In this document: piece after piece, positions 60,901 to 64,000 of the stretch | Numbering within the stretch: position 1 is the stretch's first letter | Layout of the letters: every line of letters starts with the position of its first letter | Assembly (NCBI GenBank): GCA_030390025.1 | Contig: JASTWF010000034.1 | Location: 1,798,001 to 1,862,000 of the forward strand | DNA: 64,000 nt | Origin: Squalus acanthias | Lineage: Eukaryota | Direction of reading: 5' to 3' | The notes under the pieces: generated by a model | The model's database searches: none | Told to the model about the DNA's origin: nothing | Seen by the model: the letters and a program-made list of their open reading frames with translations, nothing else | Program-made: the position numbers and the translations under genes

Positions 60901-63358
60901 TGGCGGACAGAAAGCAAAGAGTAGGATTTAATAGGTCTTTTTCCGAGTGGCAAGCAGTGACTAGTGGGGTACCGCAGGGATCGGTCATTGGACCCCAGCT
61001 ATTGACAATATACATTAATGATCTAGATAAGGGAACTAAATGTAATATCTCCAAATTTGCAGATGACACAAAGCTGGGTGGGAGTGTGTGCTGTGACGAG
61101 GATACCGAGAAACTCCAGGATGATTTGGACAGGTTGGGTGATTGGGCAGAAGCGTGGCAGATGCAATATAACGTGGATAAATGCGAGGTTATCCACTTTG
61201 GTGTCAAAAGCAGAAAGGCAAATATTATCTGAATGGCAATAGATTGGGAGAAGGGGAAGTGCAACGACGTCTGGGTGTCCTTGTGCACCAGACGCTGAAG
61301 GTGAGCATGCAGGTGCAGCAGGCGGTGAAGAAGGCAACTGGTATGTTGGCCTTCATAGCGAAAGGGTTTGAGTACAGGAACAGGGATGTCCTACTGCAGT
61401 TGTACAGGGCCTTGGTGAGGCCACATCTTGAGTTTTGTGCAGTTTTGGTTGCCTTATCTGTGGAAGGATGTTCTTGCCATGGAAGGAGTTCAGCGAAGAT
61501 TCACAAGGCTGATAACTGGGATGGCAGGAATGACATATGAGGAGAGGTTGGGTCGATTGGGCTTATACTCGCTGGAGTAGAGAAGAATGAGAGGGGATCT
61601 CATCGAAACATATAAAATTCTGACAGGTCTGGACAAACTAGATGCAGGAAGAATGTTCCCGATGGTCGGAGAGTCCAGAACCAGGGGTCATAATCTAAGG
61701 ATAAGGGGTAAGACATTTAGGACAGAAATGAGGAAGAATTTCTTCACCCAGGGAGTGTTGAACCTGTGGAATTCTCTACCACCGAAGGTAGTTGAGGCCT
61801 AGTCATTAAATATATTCAAGAATGAGTTCGATATATTTCTTAAAGCTAAATGCATCAAGGGATATGGGGAGAAGGCAGGTACAGGGTACTGAGTTTGGAT
61901 GATCAGCCATGATCGCATTGAATGGCGGAGCAGGCTCGAGGGGCCGAATGGCCTACTCCTGCTCCTATCTTCTATGTTTCCATGTAACCGTTGTTTCAAG
62001 ATGCCGGACGTCTGCTCTATGAGATTTTTGTTGGTGCTATGGCTCTCATTGTATTGCCACTCGGCAGGGGTGTTGGGTTTTTGGAGCGGTGTCATCAGCC
62101 AGGTGCAGAGTGGATAACCCTTCTCCCCGAGGAGCCATCCACTAGGTTGACATGATGGTTGGAAGAGGTCTGCAGCAGTGGTCTGGCGCAGGATAAAAGT
62201 GCTGTCGCTGCTGCCATGATGGCGTGCATTGACGGCGTGTATGAGCTGTCTGTGGTCACAGACCAAATGGCCATTCAGAGAGTGGAAGCCCTTGTGGTTT
62301 CTGAACACCTCTGCATTCTCATGAGGTGCCCACAATGCCACATGCATGCAGTGAAAGGCACTCTGAACCATGGGGAAGCCCGCTATCCTCGCAATGTCAC
62401 ATGCGTGTTTGCGCTGTTGGTCCCGGGTCATGAGAAGTGATGTACTGGCGTCTCCTCTTATACTAAGATTTTGTCACCTCTCGGATGCAACAATGAACAG
62501 CGAACTGGGAGATATTCACTATGTCCCCAGTAGAAGCCTGAAAGGAACCGCTGACTTAAAAATTCCGAGCCACTGTCAACTTCACTGCCATCGACAGAGA
62601 CGTCCTGGTCCTGAGTTGAGGCTGCAGATCTGGTTGCAGGAGGTGGCAGATCTCAGTGACCACCTCCTTGCTGAAGCGCAGCCATTGGAAACACTGCTCC
62701 TCAGACAAATGGATATAGGAGGAGAATTGCTCCCTGAATACCCTGGGAGGGTAAGGTCTCATGTTGGCCCTACTCCGCTGGTCGCGTTTGCCACTCTCTC
62801 TCTCTCTGTGCCTCTGCTGTCTCCGAAGATGAAACTGGACGACGACGCCCCAAGTTAGTGCGGCCCCCATCGAAGCTTATAAATATCGTTAGAAGGAAGG
62901 TGAAATAAAAATGAACCTCCAAATTGGTGCTCAGAACACAGAACTCCTTTGGTGAGCGTCGAATCTCTCCAGGCGTCTCTCAACCTGCATGTTCCAAAAA
63001 AATCGGTGACAAGATACGGCAGGAGGCAACCGCCTTTAAATAGCGCTCCTCCAGCCCCTTCCCGACTTGGAAACATACCCCCTCTACGTGTTGTTCCTAG
63101 CGGCAGGCTCTAAGGCAGGGGACGCGAGTCAATTTTCAGTCCGGGGCGCCACCAGGGCATTGCAAGCTCGACTGATGTCACGATCTGCAGGCGCAGGAGA
63201 TCGTGGCGGCAGTGTTCAGTGCCAGCGCAAAATGACTGGTCAATTTCATGAGCGGTGCTAAAATAGCCGCACTCGGGCACTAAGCTCCTATCGCCCCGTT
63301 ACCCCTCCCCCACCCGAAGGTGCTCAGGGGAGGTGCTAACCAACCGACTTTCCCACCC
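57950..63358 (-). mobile_element. Harbinger copy 2 (transposase and right end only), split by CR1 E
   Basis: 57950-58252 and 61986-63358 align to 15301-16940. Confidence 0.9.
58253..61985 (+). mobile_element. CR1 LINE copy E, degenerate, with an internal deletion across the ORF1/ORF2 junction
   Basis: ORF1 and APE-RT fragments; AACCG duplicated at 58248-58252 and 61986-61990; empty site in copy 1 at 15602. Confidence 0.92.
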
Positions 63359-64000
63359 ATGATTATCTGTGTTTCTATCTTTGTGGTTTCCCCATCCCAT
63401 CCGCGCTGCTGTCAGCTATTGATTCTGAAGGTGATTTCGTGTTACCAAGATTCAAATGTTCATCTCTGGCAAATTTATTGGAGGTGACTCTTTATTCAAG
63501 GAATGTCAGTCTGCTAACGACACTGAACATTTGTATCAGGTCAGAAAAATGCTGTCTTGGTTCGGGAGACTTTTCACCTAATGGCGAAAGGCCATCGACC
63601 TGAAATGTTAACTCTGTTTCTCTCTCTCCACAGATGCTGCCTGACCCGCTGAGTATTTCCATCATTTTCTGTTTTCATGTCAGATTTCCAGTATCCGCAG
63701 TATTTTGCTTTTGATTTCACCTAATGCTCGGTATGGTTACTTAGAGAGTCACAGGAACAAATCCTGGCAGATCACATCCACATCTTTAAATGTCTGAAAT
63801 ATCCGCTAATCATTCAGTTCCAGTCAGTGTCTCCTTTCCCACCCTCTCCAGTTCGGCATTATTGGCACTGCTTCTGATGATTAAAGTAGGATTACAAGGA
63901 TAATTTACATTCTCACAAAACGTTCATTCAGCCAGATTTCAATACATTTCTTTTTGATCATTGATTTGAATTCACAATTGCATCCCATGCCCGTCTGTCA

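Larger units (their letters stand above)
54629..64000 (+). repeat. Segmental duplication of 8445-17582
   Basis: Same order: CR1-A 3' half, Deu SINE (56365-56825), unique spacer, CR1 fragment, Harbinger transposase and right end, Penelope insert, GPCR intron. Confidence 0.95.

Overview
Eukaryotic, repeat-dense vertebrate DNA, most likely from a cartilaginous fish (shark); this is inferred from the TE families and the receptor type. Most of the window is nested retroelements: CR1 LINEs of at least 3-4 families, a second LINE family on the minus strand, L2 fragments, Deu-domain SINEs, Penelope-like fragments with minimal hammerhead ribozymes, a probable solo LTR, a Harbinger/PIF transposon and several satellites. 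The host genes belong to a two-exon GPR139/GPR142-like class A GPCR family: an intact large exon 2 (18611-19512), a degenerate first exon (12090-12165) and an intact, different first exon (53580-53760). 8445-17582 is duplicated about 46 kb downstream (54629-64000). The second copy lost about 3.3 kb, including one first exon, by recombination between two CR1 fragments. Main leads: a U_UUA_AAC -1 frameshift heptamer at every intact CR1 ORF1/ORF2 junction, first-exon shuffling in the GPCR cluster, a ~60-copy YY1-motif array just after the GPCR stop codon, and dimer-type hammerheads in Penelope repeats. All alignments and coordinates were done by eye.
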